Shown here piece after piece: positions 51,901 through 64,000 of a stretch of DNA of 64,000 nt; position 1 is the stretch's first letter; every line of letters begins with the position of its first letter. The position numbers and the translations under genes were made by a program. The DNA is from Daphnia carinata (taxonomy: Eukaryota). The stretch is taken from assembly GCF_022539665.2 (NCBI RefSeq), contig NC_081333.1:10478001-10542000 (forward strand), read 5' to 3'. The notes beneath the pieces are model-generated. The model saw nothing but the letters and a program-made list of their open reading frames with translations. It was not told the DNA's origin and made no database searches.

Positions 51901-54900
51901 CTAATAACGCTATAAGAAAGGGCAACATAAATGCCAGTCTCAAGTGAAACCGAGTTCCTTTTGGATTGCCACGTTCACTTTTTATTCATCTGTTGCAACT
52001 GTTGCATCGCTAAGATGTTACAAAAAAGGTTTCTCTGTTCTGATTCAGCCAGTCAGTAGGCGGCCAGCTGACGAAAGGGCAAACGAGGAACAATCATAAT
52101 TTTCTTAAAAAAGCAAAGAATTAATACGAAAAGAAATGGTTAGAAATGAAAAATTAGCAGGTTCAAAAGGAACAACCTTCACTTTCCCTCTAAAAAAGAA
52201 AATAGCTTCGTTATTACGGGCGTTCAGCCGAATAACAATGGAGTGTTTCTCGTCTTCTTAACAGCTGCGCTTCACGATTTAAATGCATTTGTTTATTCCC
52301 TGAACTCAGACGTTCTCTTTGGCCTTCTCCTCGGCTTTGTCACTAGAATCTCTCGGTCAAAAAGAAAAAGTTGTTTCAAAAACGAAATGAACATGTGCGG
52401 GTATCGTCGGTTTTACGACTCATAATGCGACATTGAATACGTAATGAGGGCGGCAAATGAACGGCATGTTTTCGTCTTCTACCCCCCCCCCCCCCTCCCG
52501 CTGTCTTGGATTCTTTCTTTTTTTGTTTCGTTTCTCTTCCGCAAGTGTGAAACTGGAATTTTCAATGACAGTGGGGGGTGGGCCATCGTTTTCTCTCTGG
52601 CACCAATGGCCCGAAGAATCAGTGACGTGATTCATTTTGATTGTACTTTATTTCACTTTTTCGTTTTGGCAGCACGTATTGTTGCCGATTGCAGTAGCCC
52701 GCCATTGTGGCATCTTCCTCCATCGTTCAACACCGAAAACAAATAAACGCTGGCAAAAGCAACACCAACAATAAAGAGAAGAGCGAGAGGAAAATTGGAT
52801 AGGAATCCACCAAGTCACAGCGTGTACAAACGAATCAAAGTGAAAGTTCATTTGAGAAAATCAAATTTGTTTTTCTTTAAATAAAAAATAAAGGGGGGCG
52901 AATGAAAAAGAGAAGATGACGCGGAAAAGTGAAAAGTATAATAAGAATATCAGCCTGCGCGCACTTTCGCCCGATATTGTCTCCGACTTGATCAGCCGCC
53001 TTCCAGCACGCTGTTGGAGCCATATTATTTTTGTTTTCTTCTTTTTCGCTTGTTCGTGACACGCGAGGGAAAAGAATCTACTGCGTACTAAAGTCCGATT
53101 CGTCGGCCAAAAAAATACCCCAACTTTCTCCCCTCTCACTGTCCGAAACTTGGCAACAAAAGATGCGTAGTACGTACACGTATTGCTCTACGCAGAATGA
53201 CGCAACACGCAAACAAACGCGTCCCAATAAAGCAAACGCATGGCACCGCCATGCGGGATTCTCGCGAGCGCGTCACCCTTTTTTTTTTTTTTTTGCATTT
53301 TTACGTGTGTTCATCTGATTGGTAATCAATGGCAAAAATGAAATCATCGCACGACGTTGAGGTCACGATGCGCCAGCAGATTTTCATCTGGAAAACACAA
53401 ATTTTGTACCGAAAAATAAAATAAAAATGCCTCGTTCGGGGTTGGAGGGAGTGAAGGGGAGAGCTTATAAAAAGAGAGAGGGAAAAATGTTCCAGGAATA
53501 AAAGTTGAAAGCGAGGGCAATAAGAGTTACGGTAGTGTTTTGCATTTGTTTCACTTTTCGGATTTGTATTTTCCCTTTTTTTTTCTGCGTTTCACGGTTC
53601 CACGGTGATGTGTCTTGGAACCCGTTTGAAAATGCAAAGCTTGGGAAGCCGTCTTATTTCGTAACTGTTAAGCGCAACAAAGAGATTTTGAAATGGTGGA
53701 AAAACAAAATAAAAATAAAAAATAAATCTTTGATTGAGGTGCGAGCAGACCGTGTCAGAAGCCACAATGCCTCATTCCACACAAGCAGTTTTTCAATTAT
53801 TTGTTGTAAAATGCTACCGTGGCACAGGGAGCAGCTTGCAGCTAGCTAAATATTACTAACTTGATACGGTATATGTCATTATAATACTGCTCGCTGGCGT
53901 AAGTCCGCTACGGGATTGACCGCGAAAAGCTTGGCGTGTCGAAGACACATGTATTTACACGGGAGCGGCAGACTAGTGACGGACACGTTACTGGCGGCTA
54001 AATCACATTCCCTCGCCCTTTCATTACGTTTCACAAGAGTTTTTTTTTTATTAAAAAAAAAATGGGCCAACAGTTAAAATTCAGTCAACTGTCATTTAAC
54101 CAAAACCAATTTTATATAAAAGCAAATGAAAAGGCCATTCAATCGCTATGTAGATCTCGGTCGAATTAAATTTAGTTGAAACACTATTTTGAATATGGAA
54201 TGAAAAAAAAGGGGGTAAGGAAAGCGTCACACATATGGCACGGATGCAGAACTTAATGGGTGTAGAATAATAAAAAAAAAAGAAACTGAGATATAGACAC
54301 AAGTGTCAATACTTTCAAACTATGAGTTGAGATCCGGGACTTGTGTAAAAAGAGATAAATGAAAAAAAAAAAAAAAACAGAAATCATAATAAATAAGGAC
54401 CGACCCATAAAGACATTGGTTATTAAAAGTCAGAAATTCACGAGAGATTGACGATGGCCAGCATCCAGAATATAACACGGCGTATAACACACTGTCCGCT
54501 TTCGCCCTAGTTGGGGTGCAGCGGGAGGGAAAGCGAACGATTTCGGGTCACGTCGCATTTCGGGATCCAACTGGAACGTTATAGGAAACATGTGATGTTG
54601 GTTCTTGTCAAGATTATCCTCAAAACCCAATGATGCCTTTGAAGGAGAGAGGAACATGTCAGAAAGGCTCCCGGATATTCGTCGTGTTTAACTCTCCGGC
54701 TCCCTAATACGGAGACGAATCAACGAGTCAACAAACGCGCTTTATATATCAGCAGGACTCACAGGCCAAGAACGGACGCGTCAGCTATACAAATGTGATG
54801 CCCTTCATCTTCTTATCACTTGACGCCTTTTCCTTTGCTGCTATGTCAAGCCAACAAATATTTTTTTTTTTCTTTCAAAAACGCGTCGTCTACAAACAAC

Positions 54901-55687
54901 GTGTAGTGATTATTTTCTTTTTCTTTTTCTTTTTTACCCACGAATAAGAAAAGGTATAAGAATGTAATCAGTAAACTACGAAACATTGGAGTTGGAATTT
55001 TGTCTTTTTTTTTCGTACGAAATGTGAACCCACCCCGCATACATTTGCATTCTGTAATCCTTTTTTTTTCTCGTTAGAAACCTTGGAAGAGGTAATAACT
55101 TTTAATCGAAAACGATATTGATTTGACAATGCTGAACCGCCCACAGGTTCGAGCTAAAAAGAAACCAAACCAGATAACAACTTTACAAATCTCAAAGAAA
55201 AGAAAAAATGAAAAAGAGAAGTCGAATGAAGCGGGTTGATACTACATTAGATGGCTCCGCCTATATACCGTGAGGCAGCAACGAGGAAAGAGAGAGAATG
55301 GAGGAGGAACTTGGGAAGGTAAATGTCGACTTGCAAGTCGACTTCTTTTGTCCCCCCCCTCTCTCCCAACGAAAAAATGCCCGTAGGTGCAATATATTTC
55401 ATTACACAACGTACCACCGCCGCCAACGAGAGTCAGTCGAGTCCGGCGTGCGGGCAAGGTCGGTTGATGGACCGCATGCTGCTCACGCTTTCAATTTGAA
55501 AAAAACAAAAAAAAAAAAAACAGATTCGACTGTGTTCTCCTCTCCTCATCAGTTTTACATGCGAACAGCAGATGATCATTTCAAGAACGTAAATGTTGGA
55601 CTCAGAAAAAAACAGTTAAAAGAAACTTTTTGTGTTTCTGATTTCTTCATCGTAAATGTTAACTCCAAGTGCACCATCGTCGACAAG

Positions 55688-56467
55688 ATGATGACGGCCA
55701 GCAATTGCGACGACAGTGCGATGCGTTCGTGGAAGGATTTGGTGAAAGTGAATGGCAGTTTCTACTGCAATCTGTCGTTGAAAAATGCCGAACCCGAGCT
55801 GGAGTGTTTACCGTTAACGAAGACGTTGGACGCAACGGAACACAGTGCCTTTCATCATCCTTCAGACTGGCTGACTAAGAATGAACCCATTTACGTAAAC
55901 AGCCATCCGGATGCTTCTGTGCGTCTATCCAACGGGACCAATCGAACCATTTTGCGCATCGGTGACGAAATGCTCCGTCAGCCGGTTGAGCTGATTGATG
56001 CCGAATCGAAGGAGCTCGGCCCTCCATCAACGCCGCCTTGTCACACCATCAAATTGGTCATTGGCGAACCGTTGAGTTTGGACACGTCCGAATACGTTTC
56101 TTGGGACGGGAGCCAAATCGGAGCTCAATCAGCTGCTAGCGGTGAAGGTGATGATGATATTGGCCAAAATGAAGACGATGATGATGATGATGATAGCGGC
56201 TCGGATCAAATTCATTTACAAGTCGATGGATTGCCACCGTTATCGCCAGCTTCCCTTCGACGACAATCGATCGTCGACGACGAACTGACCCATTCGTGTT
56301 GCCGTTTCTTTGATCAACGTCAACAGAAACTCTCCTCTTTTGTCTCGACGACCTGGAATCCTACGAGCACGTCAACGCCGGAAGCGGCCAATTTGGCTGC
56401 TGATTCAGCTGCCAAATCGCCGATCCCCGGGCTCAACGCCAAGATGGAGCACCTGCGCAGGGAAATC
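55688..56467 (+). CDS. Coding exon of an incomplete, unidentified gene; ends in a coiled-coil start resembling LURAP1/FAM89-type adaptors
   Basis: 260-codon coding-like stretch from ATG 55688 with an acidic poly-D tract, ending GLNAKMEHLRREI at a consensus GTAAGT donor (56468). I could not find a downstream exon in the window. The family call is a weak recollection. Confidence 0.6.
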
Positions 56468-59400
56468 GTAAGTTCATTTCCTTATCCGTTAGTCGGTCTT
56501 GTTTTTTTGTCTCGTCGCTATTGTCATCGGACACATTTTTTTTTTTTGCGCAGTGCAAATGACCTTTTTAAGGGAGAGAAAAAAATCCAAACAGGATGTT
56601 AGCAAATAAAAGGATCAGGTCTATACCATGTTCCGCTTTTTTTTTTTGGTTCTTTTTAAGGGGGTTATAGGAAACCTAGAAACCAAAAATTTCTAAGACA
56701 AAAATCAATAGAAGGACTCTTAGGACAATTGCAAAACGCGGACGCAAAACCCTTTACGGCTTTAAGCTTGGGCTGATGTCACTGGCTGCATGTTGGCTTG
56801 TTCTTTGTACATGTGATTCCGTTAGTTAAGAAAATTCGGAGACCTTCAAATCGATTAGTAGGAGACTCGATGTCGGGACAAGTTTAAAAGAAGGAGATAA
56901 TAGGGAAGGTTGAACGATCCCTGCGCTCTGCGCGGCCGTCCTGCGAGAGTAAGAAATTCGCTGTGGTTCCATTGAATTCTTCGTTTTTTGCACGAACATG
57001 CGCGAGCAGATATAATCCTTTTATCTATTTCTTTATTAACTTGTTTTTCTTCTTTCATTTTCTTCGCTTTTTTTTTTCTCGAGTTCTTCCGCATTGTTCC
57101 GTCCCATCCTCTCTGTGTTTGTGTGTGTGTGTGTTATGAACTGCACAGTTCGATTGTGTTGGCGGGGGACGTAATGTTGTGATGCTCATAAAAGGAAGAT
57201 GACCAAGAAAATCGTTGTGCTTCGTTCTACGAGCATACGGACTGCAAAGAATGCCGGTGATTCTTTTTTCTCTTCTTGCTGGCGTCGTCTTGTTGGACGC
57301 TCTGCCGTCCGCTTTTTTATGGTTGGCAAAAATTTGTTGGGGGTTCACCTTCAGGCAATATGGTAGGAATTGAAGGAGATTCCTTGTGCATCTTCTTCAC
57401 GTATAAAAACATATCAAAATAAATAATTATCGTCGAAGGTTGAATCCGACCAGTTTACGTAATTCCGAGGCATTGCCGAGAGAGAAATGAGAAACAAGAA
57501 AGAAAAAGAACCTGAATGAGAAAAAATAATCAAATAAAAACGGAACGATTATTGCCGATCGTTTGTGAATTGCATTGCCTTATCTTATTTCCCAATGTCG
57601 AATGAAAGGTCGTTCTATCCCTGGTCGGGCGACCCGGGCCCTGCGAGCCCAGTGCATTTATGTATACTCATCCGCTAACGGATTAAAGACGATGCCGCAT
57701 CTTTTGTTTTATTTATGATTATTATTTTTCTTTTTCTGTAGATTATTTTATTTTTTTTGAAATTTATTTTCGTATTATTATTATGCCGTTCCGTTTGAAT
57801 GTTGTTCTAATTCGTCGCGGGTTTTGACCCCTATGGGTTTGGGAACCAACTAATTAAAACAAAAAAAAAAATGTTGAAAATCGGAATTGCTTTAGCGAAT
57901 ATTCTGTGTAAAACTATGAGCATAGATGTTACGAGCTTTTAAACGACAAAGCTATACGGGAATTCATTTTTCTTTTCCACTTCGAACGAGGAGATTTATG
58001 GGAAATTGTTTATACACTTTATGTGTGTGAAATGTATACATATATTTTCCTCGTTTAGGAAATGCTAAATCAACGATGCTCATGTGCGTCCCTCACAAAC
58101 AGAGAAAAATACGCAACAATAATGAAACAGAATTCCCCCTCCCAAAACAATCCTTTCGCACCAAGGACGAGAACTGGTTAACATCGTGTAATACTCCTGT
58201 TGTTCAACCACTGAGCCTGACATTTTTTTTTGTTCTTTTACAAAGTGGAGGGTTAGAGGCTTTCGTTTCGTGATTAATTGGCCGAGTCGAATTGGGTCCG
58301 ACGAAAAGCTACACGCTTCGTCAAACAATGGAACCATAAGGAGTCATCTACTTGTATTATTTACGCGTATATCTCATCTGCACGGCGGGTAAGAAAATCA
58401 AGCAAAAGAAAAAAAAAATAGCTGACGGTGGGACGATGGCGGAAACAAAAACGATAATAGTCAAGTCAATAGCTGTTTGTTTCGGCCTTAAAAACAAATG
58501 GAATGCGCCATCTGCTCAAAAGAAAGTGATGAACGTCTAACTTCGTGAATATTCCTTTTTCTATTCTCTCAAATCTCTGATATTGACATTTCCCTTTTGA
58601 ATTCGAAACCAACAACAATAGGACAATAATAGCGACGATAGATTCCGAGATATCCGGACACACTTTCTCCTCCGCTTGCAGTCAGATTGTTAAAAAAAAA
58701 ACAAAGAGACGTGGCAACTAAGATGATAAAAAAAAAAAAACATTTTCGGTTCAATACTCTTGCATGAACACGGGGATACCGTAGAGAATCGTGTACCTGC
58801 GTAAATCTGTACGGTATTCATATAGCGCTGTTAATGATGGGAGAACTGAAGGGAAACGGAAGAGAAAGAGAGAGGGGAACCAATGAAAAATCAAACGACA
58901 ACAACAACAAGAACAGCGAAACAACAGTGCAACTAGCTAATGAAGTGTACCCCATGCACTTGTGGCTTGCCGATACGTTTGTCTTTTATATAGCTCAATG
59001 AGCACCGCGTGTGCAATATCATTTTTGCGGCTGGAAAACTCATTGCCAGATTCATCCGTGAAATCCAATAAATAGATTCCCTCTCTATTGCCTTCGCTAA
59101 AAAAAAAAAAAAAAAAAAACAGCTGTGAATGAAGATTCAAAAAGAAAAAAAAAAGAGGAAGAATAATAAAAATAAACTTGGTGCACAACTTCTCAGCCGG
59201 AATTTATCCCGTTATTCCATTTGGGAAAAAGAAAAAAAAACGAAAGCGCCTAGGGCTACCTTGGTCACGCGTCCGGAACGCCCGATGGCCACGTATGGTC
59301 GGAACTTCAGTCGCTAGCAAAAAAAAAATATGAGGAAACTCCAAGAGAAAGAAAAGAAAAAACGAAACCAAAGAAGGTGAATACAATTAGACACGGAGTG

Positions 59401-62400
59401 ATGCTTTCAAATCCAAGCGACCACCCTATGCAAAGATATTATTTACTTTACTTATTCCTCCTCCTTTTTAAAAGAGAAAAAAGAAAATTGCCCTTGCCAT
59501 ATGCAAACTAGCTTTTGAAAAGAGAATTGTGTAGAGTCAACGTGTTCAACCATCAGAATAGAACGAACGCAACTCAGACGGCAACTCTTGAGTCTACACG
59601 CACTGTCGTATAACATCACTAGTGAAGCAGAGAGTCAAGAACCTCGCAACTCGTTTATTCTCACGAGTTCCGCTTGTTTGCAGCCCGTACGAAGAAAGAG
59701 ACGGAGAACCCAAAAAATAATAATAAAAAAGTCCTAAGAATGGGAACGCAGCATTGACTAAATATAACACGCAGCGTGAAAGACTTGATGCAACGAGAGA
59801 AAAAGCAAGTGCATTGTTGGTACACGCATCTGCATATCTAATTGTCATCAGACAACCGACGTTTAAATGTTTTAGTGAATAGCAATGCCGAGTTGCGTCT
59901 CGAAAAAGACCGTTCCACTTGGCGTTCGCAACGCAAAGATGAGTCCGGATTCCCAAAGAAAAAAGAGCCAAACAAAACAAGAGCCAAAAAAGAAAGGGCG
60001 ATAAATAAACAAACGCCAAGCGTAAGGCACACATGCGAAAGGGAGCCACACCTCATTGCTCTCGTGTCGTGAAAAAGGAAAAAAAAAAAAATAATACTGA
60101 AGACGCATCTCAGATTGCCGTGCTACATTGCATATACCCGTATGTAACCGACAACGCCGTCTATGGACACGAGAATGGCTGTGTAAATATAAGGAGACCA
60201 TAAAGGCAGACTGTTTTTCTCGAGGACGTCTGTGCAAACACCAGGCGGGAGCACGATATGACGTAATCGTTCAACAGAGGTGCTAAATAGTTGGTTCCAT
60301 CGTTCTGTCCCCGTTTCTTCTCTCGAAAACAATTTTCAATTTACCTTGGTATTTTGCGGGTCGTGCTCCAGGAATAAATTCTAGTGGCCGCCTCGCCACG
60401 TCGTGGGTTGTGTTCATTTTCCAGCGTATGCAAGTGGGAGGAAGCTTTGAAATGTCGACAAAAAAAAAAAAAAACGGGGGGAAAAAAACAAAAACTTGCG
60501 TTTAGATGAACGACAAAAATGCAACGTTCACGTAATACGTCAAGAGTGATGGAATGGTTTTTCTTACTTCTGCAAAGTACGGGCTATAAATCTGTGCATA
60601 TAGATTAGTCGGCCGTTTCGAGCGAAAGAAACCGCAGTTTTTGTAGTTAATATCCCGTTCGTCCCGTTTGTTTCAGTTGAATTTCAAGTCTTTCACACAT
60701 CCGTAATTCGAAGAGGATGAACCAGCAAAAAAAAATAATAAAATTAACAAAGAAAAAGAAAAGAAGTTAAACAGGAAACGGAGCCAAAAAGAAGCGTAGC
60801 TTTCATTAATTATTTTAAATCTACGGTCGGACTTGCCCTGTCGTTGCCTCGTTAAAGAAACGTCACACAGCGCATTCTGATTATGGTGACCGGTCCCCTA
60901 GAAAGATGCAAAACCAGTTGAGTAGACGTTTAAAAAACAAAAAGACAAAGGGCATGGCCAAGTTTTTGGTATAAAGACGTGTTACAGTCACTATACAGAG
61001 CACCCTGCTTTCCATATTTTGGATTCACTGTGTGCATTGACAAAGTCGGGAATACCGACAGAGTGGCCTGAATTTTTGTCCAGTGGTTTTCTTTGAAATG
61101 TTTTTTCTTATTCTTTTTTGTTTTGTGTGTGTGTTTCATGTCTGTCAAAGACGAGTCCAAGCCGTTTCGGTTCGCCTTTGATCTTATTTTTTTTTAATCC
61201 CCGATTGAAACCAAACCTCTGGAATTGTGTTACCCTTTTTTTTTTTTAAAAAAACAGACCTTTTTCTTGTTTGATACTTATTTTGGACAAGACAAATTTA
61301 AGGGTGGGGTGTTTTTGTTTTTTTATTTTGGTAAGGAGAAAGTAGATACAATACCAGTACTTCGTATGTCGGGCATTAAGGTGACCTACTGAGATAACAG
61401 CGTCTATAAAGGCAATGCGGTAGCTTAACTATTATCCCCATTTTTAGAAATACAGCCCTTCCAAAAATAACGAAAAATAAGATAAGGAAAAATGAATAAA
61501 TTGTCTGACTCTCAATTTCCAATGCGGTTAAGCCATTCGATCGCATCTACCCCATCGACATCCGTCATTCTTTTCATTTTGTGTCATTTGAAGAGAAATC
61601 TCTCTCCAACCCTAAGGAAAAAGGAATCCAGGGGACTTGCTATACGAACGATTTCAAACCGAAGCCCACAGACCCGATTAACCGTCCCAGTTATGCGTCT
61701 TTCATTGACAAGAGAACGATATTAGGGTCTCGTAAAAATTGAAACCAGAACTGATTTATTGGGTCATATATATCATATATATTTTTTCTTAGTTTAATGA
61801 GTACGAAGAAAAAACAAACAAACTACAAGTTCACGTTGTTAAATAAAGGCCAGTCACGGCATACGAGTAGTCGATTGTCACGACGGTTGGCATCTTAAGG
61901 AGAAAAAAAAAAGGAAGGCATTGTACTGATTTCCATTTCTAGTTTATTTCTAGAAACATTTGCAAACACAATAAAAAAAAGAAGACATTCTAGCTCGATT
62001 TCAGTGTCATCTCTTGCTTCATAAAAGTAGACCATATCCATTTTTCTCGTTGTTTCCCATTCCGATAGCAAATATCCGTGTGAAATAAACATCCGCTTTG
62101 CTACAGACGCACATTTTTTTTCTATTTCGAAAGAAGAAAATAAAAAATATTATGAGTGAGGCTGCGCTGAGTTCCAAAGTTTTTTTTCTTTTCGTTTCTT
62201 TGCATATCTTTGGGCGGTGGAAGGGGGTGGGATGCACATGTTCCAGCATTCGGGTTAGTGTACCGCATTTTCAGTCATCAGTCACGCGTCCCGGTAACCA
62301 GTAACACGCACTCTCTCTTAACGACCTTGGCTACCGTAGCGCAAAAACATTGCACAATCATCAACATGCGGTGCTCATTAGACGGATGCCTTTTTTTCTG

Positions 62401-64000
62401 ATGCAGCAACTCTTTTCTTCTGTTTTTCTTTTGTTCCCCCTGAATGGTTAGCCAGACATTTAGCTCAGACACGCTCGTATGGCCCTTCGGTATAATGCAG
62501 TTTTGTTTTGCGCGGTTGGAACGATTCATATTTGCAACGACCGGCATAGAATGTGCGGCAATCACGTAGTCGTTGACTCTGTTGATAAGGGCACCATTTT
62601 TTTTTGTTTTCTATTGTCTTGATAATTTGTGTATTGCCGAAATATCGGCTCGACCAATAGAATGGAACCGTTTATATTCAGACTATGTTGCCCAACGTAG
62701 TCCCACTTTTCGTTCAGCCAAGGTGGAACGCGTGAAGAATAAAATCAACAAGTCGAGAGTGGGGGGCGTCTACTGGAACCATGGCGGTAAACAATGTAGC
62801 CCGCTACATCACCGCGTTGACAAAAATAATAAGGCCGACTTTCATGCATTTTGCATTCTTCCTTGACCTTTTTGAATGTTTTATGTCTTGTGCTGCTTTC
62901 AAAATCTTTTTGTTTTACTTCTCCGTAGCTCAGCAACGTGCCTCTTCGTATGCGGGAAAGAAAGAATTAAAAAAAAAAAAAAAAAAAAGAAAGAGACGCA
63001 CACAATGGAGAGAACGTGTGTACAAACACAACTGAAATTTTCGCGTACAGCATGATGAGTGGGTTTCAGATGTTAGGGGTCACCATGGCAAGGCAATGAT
63101 CTCTCTATTCCTATCTATCTAGTATCCGTCTATCCATCTGTCTTTCTCTCTTTTACCGCAAAAGCCTGGCATACAATAGTGCAATCAATCCGTTTTTTTT
63201 TTTTTGTTTCCCTTCCATTCTTACAACAGCAACTGGAAGGGCCCTTCTCCTATTTTCTGCTTCTTTTGGCTAACGACTTAACGAGTCATCTCTCGTGTCC
63301 CGCTTTTTAACGACCAGACTCTATACGATTCTGAAACTTGCCAGTAGGATGAGACTAGAGACGTTCGGCAAAGCAAGGAATAAGAAATGGGGCAATTGCC
63401 GACCGAGATTGAGATTCGTGATACTTGTGTTTGTTGAATATCTCTGCGTTCCTCCCAGCGGTTGCTATTAAAGTCCCGCATTTAAATCATGAATGACAAT
63501 TTTGAAGAGCCATTTGTTTGTTTGTTTCCTTTATTTTTATTACATTGTTACATCGTTCTTGTTTTGGCATGTAAACGTTAAAAGAAACAGAGTTGAAAAA
63601 AAGAAAAGTTATAGAAAAACAATAGACATCTAAAGGTTGTAATGGCTCGTTCAAACGGCCATCGGCTGATTGCCTATACGATGAAATAGGTTCGGACTGG
63701 ATGGATTGTTTCTATTTTTTTTAAATACAACGTTAGTCGTGTGGTGGAACTAATACAAACGACAAATCAAGCACAGAGAACACAGTACTCTAATAGACCG
63801 TGTCTGTGTTACACAGCAATCGGGACACGATGTCCATACCCCAGCACGGATGATGGAAAGAGTAAGAGCGAACGGCGCGAAAGATAGAAAAATTAAAAAA
63901 AATAAATAAATTTCACAACAGCTGGTTGTGCCAAAACTATGAATGCACTTCTGTTGCCCCATTGACTACCCGACGGTCGTAATGGCTTTTGCAGTGCCCT

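Noticed and set aside
55298..55687. N-terminal 130 codons of the 434-aa ORF
   Set aside because: Runs through homopolymer tracts and promoter/UTR-like sequence; probably open by chance upstream of ATG 55688.
46600..64000. Numerous 60-150 aa ORFs outside 55688-56467
   Set aside because: F/K-rich translations of poly-T/poly-A tracts, with no domains or consistent splice structure.

Overview
A eukaryotic, intron-rich arthropod genomic window. Short ~60-70 nt introns, long A/T tracts and gene content suggest a branchiopod crustacean such as Daphnia (inference). Protein-coding genes read by hand: Hand bHLH (+), NDUFA9 (+), ARL1 (-), a divergent 6-phosphogluconate dehydrogenase (+), a DOCK-C GEF (DOCK7/Zir-like, -), TOE1 (-), a Slowpoke-binding-protein/PXK-like gene with alternative N-termini (+), and one coding exon of an unidentified, possibly LURAP1/FAM89-like gene (+). 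Features outside the ORF track: an RNase MRP RNA gene with its own Pol III-type signals, antisense in a DOCK7 intron; a candidate H/ACA snoRNA and an 87-nt in-frame cassette exon in other DOCK7 introns; loss of the catalytic Glu in the 6PGD copy; a GC-AG intron in NDUFA9; two copies of a palindromic foldback/MITE-like repeat; and a tRNA-derived (SINE-like) remnant. I found no evidence of a wholly new biological system. Most short ORFs in 46-64 kb look non-coding.
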